A program made the translations under genes and the position numbers. Shown here one piece after another: positions 30,142-39,335 of a DNA stretch of 64,000 nt. Origin of the DNA: an uncultured Actinomycetes bacterium. Lineage in GTDB: Bacteria; Actinomycetota; UBA4738; HRBIN12. Positions within the stretch are counted from its first letter, which is position 1. Each line of letters opens with the position of its first letter. The notes below the pieces were generated by a model, which was not told where the DNA came from, did not search any database, and saw nothing but the letters and a program-made list of their open reading frames with translations. The DNA lies in assembly GCA_963751665.1 (NCBI GenBank), contig CAVVVF010000004.1:210141-274140 (forward strand), in the 5' to 3' direction.

Positions 30142-31074
30142 ATGTACAAGGGCCTTCGCGTCGCCGTGGTCGTCCCCGCCTTCAACGAGGAGGCGCTGAT
30201 CGGGACGACCATCTCCACCCTCCCCGACCTCGTCGACCACATCATCCTGGTGGACGACGCCAGCACCGACGCCACCGCGGAGAAGGCCCGGGCCGCCGGG
30301 GACGAGCGCCTCGATGTGATCACGCACGAGCGGAACCGGGGCGTTGGTGGGGCGGTGCTCACCGGGCACCGGCGAGCCATCGAGATCGGCGCGGACGTTT
30401 CGGTCGTGATGGCCGGCGACGCCCAGATGGACCCGGACTACCTGCCGGCCCTCCTCGACCCCATCGGCGACGACGGGTACGACTTCTCCAAGGCCGACCG
30501 GTTCTTCGACTTCGGCTCGTACGAGGGGATGCCGCGGGCTCGCGTGATCGGCAACGTCCTGGTGGGCTTCCTGGCCAAGGCCTCGACCGGCTACTGGCAC
30601 CTGTTCGACCCGTTGAACGGGTACACGGCCATCCGCACCGCAGCGCTCCGCCGCCTGCCTCTGGACAGGATCCGGCGGGACTACTCGTTCGAGTGCGATC
30701 TGCTCGGCTACCTCAACATCATCCACGCGAAGGGCAAGGACGTTCCGGTGCCGGCCGTGTACGGTGAGGAACGATCGGGGATCCGGCTGTTCCGCGCCGG
30801 GCGCAAGCTGCTGTGGTCGCTGTGGAAGGGCTTCTGGCGCCGGATGATGTGGAAGTACCTGCTGTGGTCGTTCTCGCCGATCGCCATCTTCCTGTTCGCC
30901 GGGCTCGCCCTCTGCCTGTGGGGGATCGGGTTCGGGATCGGGATCGGGATGGCCACCCTGGGCCCGCCGGAGGCCTCGGCCGCGACCGTGCTGATCTCCG
31001 TGGGCCCACTCCTGGTGGGGATCAACCTGCTGATCGTGGCCTGGGTGCTCGACGTCCTCGAGAGCCCTCGGTAG
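30142..31074 (+). CDS. GT2-family polyprenyl-phosphate glycosyltransferase (GtrB/CsbB/DPM1-like) with C-terminal TM helices
   Basis: Intact 310 aa with VAVVVPAFNEE...HIILVDDASTDAT...HERNRGVGGAV...MAGDAQMDPDY (DxD-type GT-A motifs). Two C-terminal TM segments. Confidence 0.75.
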   Translation: MYKGLRVAVVVPAFNEEALIGTTISTLPDLVDHIILVDDASTDATAEKARAAGDERLDVITHERNRGVGGAVLTGHRRAIEIGADVSVVMAGDAQMDPDYLPALLDPIGDDGYDFSKADRFFDFGSYEGMPRARVIGNVLVGFLAKASTGYWHLFDPLNGYTAIRTAALRRLPLDRIRRDYSFECDLLGYLNIIHAKGKDVPVPAVYGEERSGIRLFRAGRKLLWSLWKGFWRRMMWKYLLWSFSPIAIFLFAGLALCLWGIGFGIGIGMATLGPPEASAATVLISVGPLLVGINLLIVAWVLDVLESPR

Positions 31075-31086
31075 CGGCCCTCGACC

Positions 31087-31980
31087 TCACGCTCGCGAGC
31101 GGACCTCTCCTCCGGAGACGGCGTACACGATGCCGCCGACCGCGCTCGATGCCAGGGTCACGGCCAGGACGAGGAGCGCGAACGCCAGGGCCAGGTCGTG
31201 GCCGATCCCGTAGGTGGCCAGGCACCACACGTAAGCCGCCTCCCTGAACCCGAGTCCGTTGATGGAGAGCGGGAGAGCCGTCGTGAGCGTGGCGATCAGG
31301 ACCATCGCGGGCAGAGCCGCGACCGGAAGCGAGATCCCGAGGGAGTCGGCGAGGAGCGCGTTCACGGCCACCAGCAATACCGCGGAGACCACCCCCACCA
31401 CCGTGCCCCACCGGACCGCCTGAGGTTCTCGGCCCGCCGTGGCGAAGGCCTGCCCGAACATCCGGAGCCGCGAGGCAAAGCCGGTGGTGTTGTCGGCACT
31501 CGACCACCTTGGCGCCAGCCACAACGCGACCGTCGAGCCCGCCAGGACCCCGATGCCGAGGATCAGGGCCGCCACGATCACCCTGTCGCCGTGGCCCGCC
31601 GCCAGTCGCCAGCCGCACCCGGCCAGCCCCAGGAGGGCCAGGCCGGCCAGCCCGGCCAGCCGGTCGAGGACCGCGGTGGCAAGGGGCGGCGCCAGGCCCG
31701 CCCGGTCGCGGAGGCGGAACGATTTGTAGGCGTCGCCCCCGAACCCCGTCGGCAGGAAGGCGTTGAAGAACGTCCCGACGAAGGTGAGGCGAAGGAGGGC
31801 GGGAGCCGGCAACGCGAGACCCAGGGGCCGGAGGAACAGCTGCCAACGGAGGGCGTTCACCACCAGCCCGGCGAGCAGCACGACGAAGGCCAGCGCCACC
31901 TCCCCTGCCCGCGCACGCGCCAGTGAGTGGGCCAAGGCGTGAACGTCGGCCCGAGCCAGCAGGAGGACGACGATGAGCAC
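31087..31980 (-). CDS. flippase-like / LPG-synthase-TM (UPF0104) family membrane protein
   Basis: Polytopic 297-aa ORF with FFNAFLPTGFGGDAYKSFRL motif. The frame stays open upstream to the TPR gene stop (32077), so the true start may lie between 31980 and ~32055. Confidence 0.6.
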   Translation of the reverse strand: MLIVVLLLARADVHALAHSLARARAGEVALAFVVLLAGLVVNALRWQLFLRPLGLALPAPALLRLTFVGTFFNAFLPTGFGGDAYKSFRLRDRAGLAPPLATAVLDRLAGLAGLALLGLAGCGWRLAAGHGDRVIVAALILGIGVLAGSTVALWLAPRWSSADNTTGFASRLRMFGQAFATAGREPQAVRWGTVVGVVSAVLLVAVNALLADSLGISLPVAALPAMVLIATLTTALPLSINGLGFREAAYVWCLATYGIGHDLALAFALLVLAVTLASSAVGGIVYAVSGGEVRSRA

Positions 31981-32076
31981 CCCAACCGCGGCCCGGAGCC
32001 CGATCCGGAGGACGCGCCCGCCGGACCGGGATCCGACCGGCGGCGAGGTGGGCAGGTGGTTCTCGATGACCGAGGC

Positions 32077-32742
32077 CTAGGGTGAGGGTGAGGGGGTGGC
32101 GGAGGCGGAGGCCTGAGGCCCGACCGACGCACTCGGCTGCGGCGCCGGGCTCGCCAGGAGATCCTCGGGGATCCGACTGGCGAGCGTCGGATCGAGTCCC
32201 ACGGCGATGGCCAGCTCGGCCTTGCCCTTCTTCGGCTGGCCGTTGTCCACCAGCAGGAATCCCAGGTTCAGGTGGGCCGCCGCGTAGCTCGCGTCGATCT
32301 CGATCACGTGCCGGTACAGGTCGATGGGCTCCTGCCCGCCGCCCTCCGCCGTTCGAAGGATGGCCAGGTTGAACAACGCGGGCACGAAGTCGGGATCGAT
32401 CGTGAGCGCGATCCGGTAGTTGGACTCGGCCGATCCGCCGTCCCCTCGTGCCTGCTCGATGACCCCGAGGTTGTAGTAGGCGAACTTGTTCCGAGGGTCG
32501 TAGACGAGCACCTTGCGGTAGTCGGCAGCGGCCTCGTCCAGCCGGCCCGCGGCATGCGCCTTCAGTCCGGCGGCCAGGGCTACCGAGGCCTGCTCGGCGT
32601 CGCTCTTGCTCTTGGAGCAGGCGCCCGCGAGGAGGACCACGAGGAGCAGGAGGGCCGGCCATGTCCGGAGTCCCGCTCGAACCCGATTCACGCGACCACC
32701 TTCGCTCCTGTCTCGGATGCTACGCCACAACCGGGCCTCCAC
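32077..32742 (-). CDS. TPR-repeat lipoprotein
   Basis: Lipobox LLAGAC after a hydrophobic signal sequence. At least three TPR units (YYNLGVIEQARGD..., ALFNLAILRT..., AHLNLGFLLVDNGQ...). Ser/Pro/Ala-rich C-terminal tail. An alternative start is GTG 32691. Confidence 0.7.
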   Translation of the reverse strand: MEARLWRSIRDRSEGGRVNRVRAGLRTWPALLLLVVLLAGACSKSKSDAEQASVALAAGLKAHAAGRLDEAAADYRKVLVYDPRNKFAYYNLGVIEQARGDGGSAESNYRIALTIDPDFVPALFNLAILRTAEGGGQEPIDLYRHVIEIDASYAAAHLNLGFLLVDNGQPKKGKAELAIAVGLDPTLASRIPEDLLASPAPQPSASVGPQASASATPSPSP

Positions 32743-33105
32743 CCCTCAAGCGCATCTGTCTTGCTCGAACCGCCCGAAGCCGTGCGCGGGCGGGACGAAC
32801 TTCAAGCTCGGCCGATCGGATGGGCCGCTTGAGCGCCGAGGGGAAAGCGCAAGGCCCCTCGAGGCCGGTTCTGCGGCGGTTCAAGATTCGGTCAAGGTCG
32901 GGAGGCGCACTCTCCTGCAACCCCCGGACGGCGGACAACCCATCCCCCGCGTCCCCCCCACTACCCGGCTTGGGGTAGTCAGAAATACCGGGGGAAATAC
33001 TGGTCGGAAGGTTCATTTTCCCCCAGGGGCTCCGATGGTCATAGAGCAAGGTGTCGGTCGTTCGCCGGACTCCCCGGGGCGCGGGCCGACCCTGTAGGTG
33101 GGGTC

Positions 33106-34919
33106 ATGACAAAGTTGAGCGTTAAGTGGGGAAGGCCCGGGATCGTCGCCGGACTCGTCGCCATCGTCCTGCTCATCATGGTAGGAGCCGAGGCGACAAG
33201 AAGCCGCTCGCAGGAGAGCGCCGTTGGCGCGACCCGGGCGACAGGCGCGACCGGGGCCACCGGTGTTGCGGGTGCTACGGGTGCTACGGGTGCTTCAGGT
33301 CTTCCGGGCCCGGCGGGCGTCGGGTCCGTGGGCCCGGCCGGTCCGGCCGGTCAACCCGGTCCCGCCGGTGCAACTGGCCCCAAGGGCGACAAGGGTGCAG
33401 CCGGCGCGAGGGGCGCCACCGGCCCCGCCGGACCCTCTGGTGGCTCGGGCAGTGCTGGTCCGACTGGGGCGACCGGTGCCACAGGTGCTTCGGGCGCTGA
33501 TGGCGCGACCGGCGCCACTGGCGCGACGGGTTCTTCTGGAGCCACCGGCGCTACGGGGGCGAACGGCCCTACCGGCGCTACCGGATCCAATGGCGCTACC
33601 GGCGCTACCGGTTCCGCAGGTACGAACGGTGTGGATGGAGCGACAGGCGCAACAGGCCCCGCGGGGGCGGACGGGGCGACCGGTCCGACTGGCCCGATCG
33701 GTCCCGCTGGTCCTACCGGAGCGACGGGTGCAACCGGGGCTGCCGGCTCGAACGGCTCGGATGGTGCGACCGGAGCAACGGGCGCTGCCGGCTCGAACGG
33801 CTCGGATGGTGCGACCGGAGCAACGGGCGCTGCGGGCTCGAACGGCTCGGATGGTGCGACCGGAGCAACGGGCGCTGCGGGCTCGAACGGCTCGGATGGT
33901 GCGACCGGAGCAACGGGCGCTGCGGGCTCGAACGGCTCGGATGGTGCGACCGGAGCAACGGGCGCTGCGGGCTCGAACGGCTCGGATGGTGCGACCGGGG
34001 CAACGGGCCCGGTTGGCGCGGACGGGGCGACCGGTCCCACGGGCCCGATGGGTCCCGCTGGTCCTACCGGAGCGACGGGTGCAACCGGGGCTACCGGCTC
34101 AAACGGCTCGGATGGTGCGACCGGAGCAACGGGCGCTGCGGGCTCAAACGGCTCGGATGGTGCGACCGGAGCAACGGGCGCTGCGGGCTCGGACGGCTAC
34201 GACGGTCATCGATCTACGGCTCGAACGGCTCGAACGGCTCGAACGGCTCCGACGGCGCGACCGGGGCGACTGGCGCCACGGGCGCGGTCGGTGCGGTCGG
34301 TGCCACTGGGGTGGCGGGCGCAACCGGTCCACTCGGGCCAACCGGCCCGGCCGGTCCAATCGGAGCGACCGGAGCGACAGGCGCCTCTGGTGCGAACGGG
34401 TCCAACGGCTCCAACGGCGCGACGGGCGCCGCAGGTGCGAACGGGTCCAACGGCTCTGACGGCGCGACGGGTTCAACAGGCGCGGCTGGTGCCACCGGCG
34501 CCATTGGCCTCACCGGTGCGGCCGGAGCAACGGGCGCTGCGGGTGCTACCGGACCGGTGGGTGCGACGGGTGCAGCTGGCCCTACAGGCCCGGCGGGTCC
34601 GACCGGGCCAGCGGGGCCGACCGGCGCAACGGGCGCGGCCGGCCCGACCGGCGCGACGGGCCTCACTGGGTATCAGCGGGTTACGGGAACCGCAACGGCG
34701 AGTGACGGAACGAATCCGAAGACGGCTACCGCCACCTGCCCTGCCGGGAAGAAGGCGCTGGGCGGCGGAGGTGTCTCCACGAACAGCGGATCCGGCACGA
34801 TCTCGATGACAGGGACGTACGCCTCCGCCGACGACACGTGGACGGTTACCGGGGAACGACAGAGTGGAAGCGGCAACTGGTCGCTCCAGGCCTACGTCGT
34901 GTGCGCAACCGTTGGCTAA
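33106..34919 (+). CDS. collagen-like (Gly-X-Y) triple-helix repeat protein with N-terminal TM anchor and ~85-aa C-terminal globular domain; frame switch near 34213-34218
   Basis: N-terminus [28 protein letters not shown], then ~470 residues of uninterrupted GXY ([13 protein letters not shown]...). The C-terminal domain is [34 protein letters not shown]...[16 protein letters not shown] 33106 (frame 1) continues in ORF 34311 (frame 3). Confidence 0.8.
33739..34008 (+). repeat. six tandem 45-bp repeats ([15 protein letters not shown]) inside the collagen-like gene
   Basis: Unit GCTGC(C/G)GGCTCGAACGGCTCGGATGGTGCGACCGGAGCAACGGGC starts at 33739, 33784, 33829, 33874, 33919 and 33964. Two further copies lie near 34096-34185. 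Confidence 0.9.
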
Positions 34920-35148
34920 GCCTCCTCCGCCACAACCGGTAAGCATGGCTTGGACGCAATCGGTCTCGCCCTACTCGGCCCCCATCCTCGTCGGCGAAGA
35001 CCACAAGGCCAACAGGATCCTGGTCCAACCGCAGCGCATCGAAGCTTAGGGCGAATCGGCCGGGCCTTCGGCCTAGGAAAGGGATGGGGGAAAAGCCCCG
35101 ATCTCCCGAGGCGCTGAAGGGGCCCATTCTGCCGATACCTATGACGAT

Positions 35149-38031
35149 ATGGGGCTGTCTGCAGCCACGCTGAGGAGACGCCGGTCCCGGTTGCTTGGCC
35201 GGGTGCTCGCGAGCGCGTTCCTGGCCCAAGCGGGCGTATTCCTGATCGCCGGCGCCGGGCCCGCGGCGGCCCAGGTGACCAAGGTCGACACGCAGGTCGT
35301 TCTGACCTCCTTGGTGAACCCCTCGGTGTTCGGCCAGAGCGTGGGGTTCTTCGCCACCGCCATCCCTTCCGATCCGCTGGCCGGGACGCCCACCGGCACG
35401 ATGCAGTTCAGCGTCGACGGCGCGGACCTCGGGGGCCCGATCGTCCTGAACGGCGGCCAGGCGGCGGTCTTCACGCTCTCGCTGTCGGTCGGCACGCACA
35501 CGCGTGGCCGCCGTGTACTCGGGCGACGCCGCGTTCAACGGCAGCACCGGATCGCTCGCCGGGGGGCAGACCGTCAACAAGGCCAACTCCAGGGTGTTGC
35601 TCGTCGACATCCGTCAACCCGTCCGTGTTCGGCCAGCAGGTCACGTTCACGGCGGTGATCCGTCCCATCGCCCCCGGGTCGGGGAGCCCGCAGGGCGGCA
35701 CGGTGCAGTTCCGGGTCGACGGCGCGGACTTCGGCTCGCCCGTCGCAGTCTCGGGCGGGCAGGCCACGAAGTCGACGACGGCGCTCGCGGTTGGATCACA
35801 CGCCGTGACGGCCGTCTTCTCCGGCGATGCCGGCTTCAACGGCAGCACCGGCACCCTCGCCGCGGCCCAGGTCGTGAACAAGGCCAGCACCACCACCTCC
35901 GTCACGTCCTCGGTGAACCCATCGGTGTTCGGCCAGCCGGTGACGTTCACGGCGACGGTGGCGCCGGTGGCCCCCGGCTCCGGCAGCTCCGGGTGGATCC
36001 GTGCAGTTCTCCGTCGGTGGCGTGAGCCTCGGTGGGCCCATCCTCCTGTCGGCCGGAACCGCCTCGATCTCAACGAACACTGTGGCCGTCGGCACCCACG
36101 CCGTGACGGCGTCCTACGGGGGTGGGGCGAACTTCAACGGGAGCACCGGCGCCCTGGCCGGTGGCCAGACGGTCAACAGGGCGGACAGCGTCACCAGCCT
36201 GTCTTCCTCCGACAACCCGTCCAAGCGCGGGCAGTCCGTCACGTTCACCGCGGTCGTGAACCCGAACCCGCCGGGGTCGGGCTCGCCCACCGGATCGGTC
36301 ACGTTCACGATCGACGGGGGCGGTGCCGTGACGGTCGACATCGCCAACCGACAGGCCAGCTTCTCCACGGCGGCTCTGTCCACGGGCGATCACACGGTCA
36401 TGGCCGCGTATTCGGGAGAGGCCGGATTCAACGCCAGCTCTGCCGTCCTCACCCAGACGGTGATCTCCCCTGACACCACGACCGCGCTCACGTCGTCGAC
36501 GAACCCCTCCGTCTTCCGCCAGGAGGTCACCTTCACCGCTACGGTTGCGTCCGATGACCCCGGCGCGGGAACGCCGGGCGGCAAGGTGCAGTTCTCGATC
36601 GACGGCGATCCGTTCGGCCAGCCGGTCGATCTGTCCGGCGGGCAGGCCACGGTCTCAACCGACACCCTCGAGGTGGGTGACCATTCCGTCACGGCCGCCT
36701 ACTCCGGCGACGGCACGTTCAACAAGAGCTCGGGAAGCCTGACCCAGACGGTCGACAAGGCCGACACGACGACCCACGTGGCCTCCAACCACAACCCATC
36801 GGTGTTCGGGCAGCCGGTGACCTTCACCGCCACCGTCAACGTGGATGCGCCCGGCGCGGGGAACCCCGGCGGCACCGTCCAGTTCATGATCGACGGCAAG
36901 GACTTCGGCCAGCCCGTCGACCTGTCGGGCGGCCAGGCCACCATCTCCACCGACGGCCTGGATGTCGGGGACCATGGGGTGAAGGCCGTCTACTCGGGGA
37001 GTGGCAGCTTCAACGGCAGCTCCGACACCCTGAGCCAGTCGGTGAACAGAGCGGACACGTCGACACGCCTGACGTCCGACCACAACCCGTCCGTCTTCGG
37101 GCAGGAGCTCACGTTCACAGCTTCCGTGACCATTGGTTCGCCAGGCGCCGGCACGCCCGGTGGCACGGTCCAGTTCACGATCGACGGCGACGCCCGCCCG
37201 CCGGTCTCCCTCTCCGGAGGCCAGGCCAGCATCACCCTCAGCGGCCTCCCCGTGGGCAATCACAGCGTGAGGGCCGTCTACTCCGGCACCGGTGACTTCA
37301 CGGGAAGCGGCGACTCCCTCACGCAGACCGTCAACAGGGCGGATACCACCACGCAGGTCGTCTCCTCGGCCAACCCATCGGTCGTCGGGTCCTCGGTCAC
37401 CTTCACGGCCCACGTCACCGTGAATGCCCCGGGCGCGGGCACCCCCACCGGGACGATCCAGTTCCAGATGGACGGCTCGGATCTCGGGCCGAGGGTCGGG
37501 CTGAGCGGCGGCTACGCAAGCATGACGGCGTCCGCCCTTCCGCCCGGGACGCACACGATCAGCGCGATCTACGCCGGTGACGGGAGCTTCGCCGGCAGCT
37601 CCGACTGGCTCAGCCAGTCGATCCAGTACGGGACGGGCGAGTGCCAGGGCGCGCCGGGGCGCCAGATCCTGCCTCCGATCAATGCCGGGGACCCGGTCAG
37701 CGAAGTGAATGCCGGCAGCACGGTCCCGGCCAAGTTCCGGGTCTGCGACGCGAGCGGCAACACCATCGGGACGCCCGGCCTGATCCAGAGCTTCGAGCTG
37801 GTCAAGCGGGTGAGCGACGAGGGCGGCGAAGAGGTTCTCCACCAGGCCTGGAACGATGGGGAGTTCAAGTACAGCAACCACGCCTGGAAGCTGAACCTCG
37901 ACACGAAGAGCCTCGACTCCGGGTTCACGTACTTCTGGTCCGTCCACCTGGACGACGGGACCAGCATCGACTTCCGCTTCCACCTCAAGGGCGGATCCTC
38001 CACGAGCCCGGGGACGACCAAGAAGCACTAG
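35149..38031 (+). CDS. secreted Ig-like domain repeat protein (~10 Big_3-type repeats) with distinct C-terminal domain; three indels in the first 900 nt
   Basis: Arg-rich signal sequence MGLSAATLRRRRSRLLGRVLASAFLAQAGVFLIAGAGPAAAQ. Repeats have the form NPSVFGQxVTFTAxVxxxxPGAGTPxGTVQFxIDGxxxGxPVxLSGGQAxxSTxxLxVGxHxVTAxYSGDxxFNGSxGxLTQTV. Frame switches at 35503, ~35600 and ~35995. 36001-38031 is one intact frame. Confidence 0.8.
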
Positions 38032-38128
38032 GCCTGGTAGCCTGGGCGCGCCGCAGACCGCAGGGGCGCCGCATGATCCGGCCACGCCGGTACCTGCCGA
38101 GGCGATGAGGTGAGCGCCGTTCGACGTG

Positions 38129-38160
38129 CGCCTCCGCTGCTGCGGAGGCGTTTTCGTTTG
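38129..38160 (+). promoter_or_regulatory. strong terminator/attenuator hairpin in the rplJ leader
   Basis: CGCCTCCGC (38129-38137) - TGCT - GCGGAGGCG (38142-38150), followed by TTTTCGTTTG. It ends 4 nt before the rplJ RBS GGAGG (38164-38168). It may terminate the Ig-like gene and/or act as the L10-leader attenuator. Confidence 0.6.
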
Positions 38161-38172
38161 TCTGGAGGCGTG

Positions 38173-38848
38173 ATGCCGAGTCCGGAGAAGGTCGAGAAGG
38201 TCGCCAGGCTGAAGGAGCGGATCAGCAGCTCCCAGGCCCTGCTGCTGGCCGAGTACCGGGGCCTGAGCGTGCAGGATGCCACCGAGCTCCGCCGATCCCT
38301 CGGCCAGGACACCCGGTTCTCCGTGGTGAAGAACACCCTGATGAAGCGGGCGGCCGGCGAGGCGGGCGTGGGTGAGCTCGAGCGCCTGCTGGAGGGCCCC
38401 ACCGCCGTCGCCTTCGTGGCCGGCGACCCCGTGGCGGCGGCCAAGAGGGTCGTGGAGGCGGCGAAGAGGTTCCCCGCCCTCGCCCTGAAGGGCGCGTACA
38501 TGGAGGGGCGCGTGCTCGGCGCCGACGAGGCTCGGGGCCTGGCCGAGCTCGAGTCGCGCGAAGTCATGCTGTCGAGGCTCGCCGGCGCCATGAAAGCCGA
38601 GATGTCTCGGGCCGCCGGGATGTTCCAGGCCCTTCAGGGCCGGTTCCTGGCGCTGCTCGATGCGTACAAGGGGAAGGTCCCCGCCGGCGAGGAAGTCTGC
38701 CGAGCCCGAGGCCGCCCCGCCTGCCGGAGCCGAGCCCGAGCCCGAGCCCGCGATCCAGGGTGAAGCCGAAACCCCGGCCCCACAGGCCGAGGGTGCCGAA
38801 TCACTGGAGGCCCAGGCCTCCGACGAAGGAGACGAAGGAGAGGAGTGA
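38173..38848 (+). CDS. rplJ: 50S ribosomal protein L10 with acidic/Pro-rich C-terminal extension; frame switch near 38695
   Basis: The L10 core is [43 protein letters not shown]... After ...GKVPAGEE the sensible continuation ([18 protein letters not shown]...DEGDEGEE*) is in ORF 38660-38848, whose stop abuts rplL. Confidence 0.85.
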
Positions 38849-38850
38849 AC

Positions 38851-39249
38851 ATGGCGACGAAGAAAGTGGACCCGGACACGCTGCTCGAGCAGTTCAAGGA
38901 GATGACGCTCCTGGAGCTGTCGGATTTCATCAAGAAGTTCGAGGAGACCTTCGACGTGAAGGCAGCGGCTGCGGGTCCGGTCATGATGGTCGCCCCGGGA
39001 GCCGGCGGGCAGGGTGGCGGCGAGGAAGCCGAGGAGCAGACGGAGTTCGACGTCGTGCTCACCGGCGCGGGCGAGAAGAAGATCCAGGTGATCAAGGAGG
39101 TCCGGGCCCTGACCAGCCTGGGCCTGAAGGAGGCCAAGGATCTCGTCGACAGCGCGCCGAAGCCGGTCCTGGAACGCGTGAACAAGGAGACGGCCGACAA
39201 GGCCAAGGAGCAGCTCGAGGCGGCCGGAGCCACGGTCGAGGTCAAGTAG
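38851..39249 (+). CDS. rplL: 50S ribosomal protein L7/L12
   Basis: [36 protein letters not shown]...[69 protein letters not shown] precedes ATG 38851. Confidence 0.95.
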   Translation: MATKKVDPDTLLEQFKEMTLLELSDFIKKFEETFDVKAAAAGPVMMVAPGAGGQGGGEEAEEQTEFDVVLTGAGEKKIQVIKEVRALTSLGLKEAKDLVDSAPKPVLERVNKETADKAKEQLEAAGATVEVK

Positions 39250-39268
39250 GGCCCTGGCCTGGGCTTTT
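39249..39268 (+). terminator. weak terminator-like hairpin after rplL
   Basis: GGCCC-TGGCCT-GGGC(T) followed by TTTT. Short stem, low confidence. Confidence 0.3.
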
Positions 39269-39335
39269 GCGCTCTTTGGGGCCCGCATTGATATGCTCCC
39301 GTCACACGGTGGGGGCAATCGAGGGGGCTGTCTCA

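Noticed and set aside
33224-34476. Multiple overlapping ORFs on both strands across the collagen-like gene (33224-34459 +, 33351-34040 -, 33713-34003 -, 34144-34476 -, 34214-34666 -)
   Set aside because: These are by-products of the 9-bp/45-bp periodic GXY-coding sequence, which is open in most frames. Only the Gly-X-Y frame gives a coherent signal-anchor/stalk/knob architecture.
35058-35148. GGGCCTTCGGCCTAGG and CCATTCTGCCGATACC upstream of the Ig-repeat gene as another copy of the conserved module
   Set aside because: It shares only short words (CCTAGG, CCATT..GCCGA). Spacing differs by tens of nt and the CGTAGGTCA and TACTGC boxes are absent, so it cannot be distinguished from chance.
4236-38128. 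Calling the 34-kb island a mobile element, integrative element or prophage
   Set aside because: No integrase, transposase, conjugation or phage genes, no flanking direct repeats and no tRNA at the junctions could be found. Only the disrupted synteny is documented.
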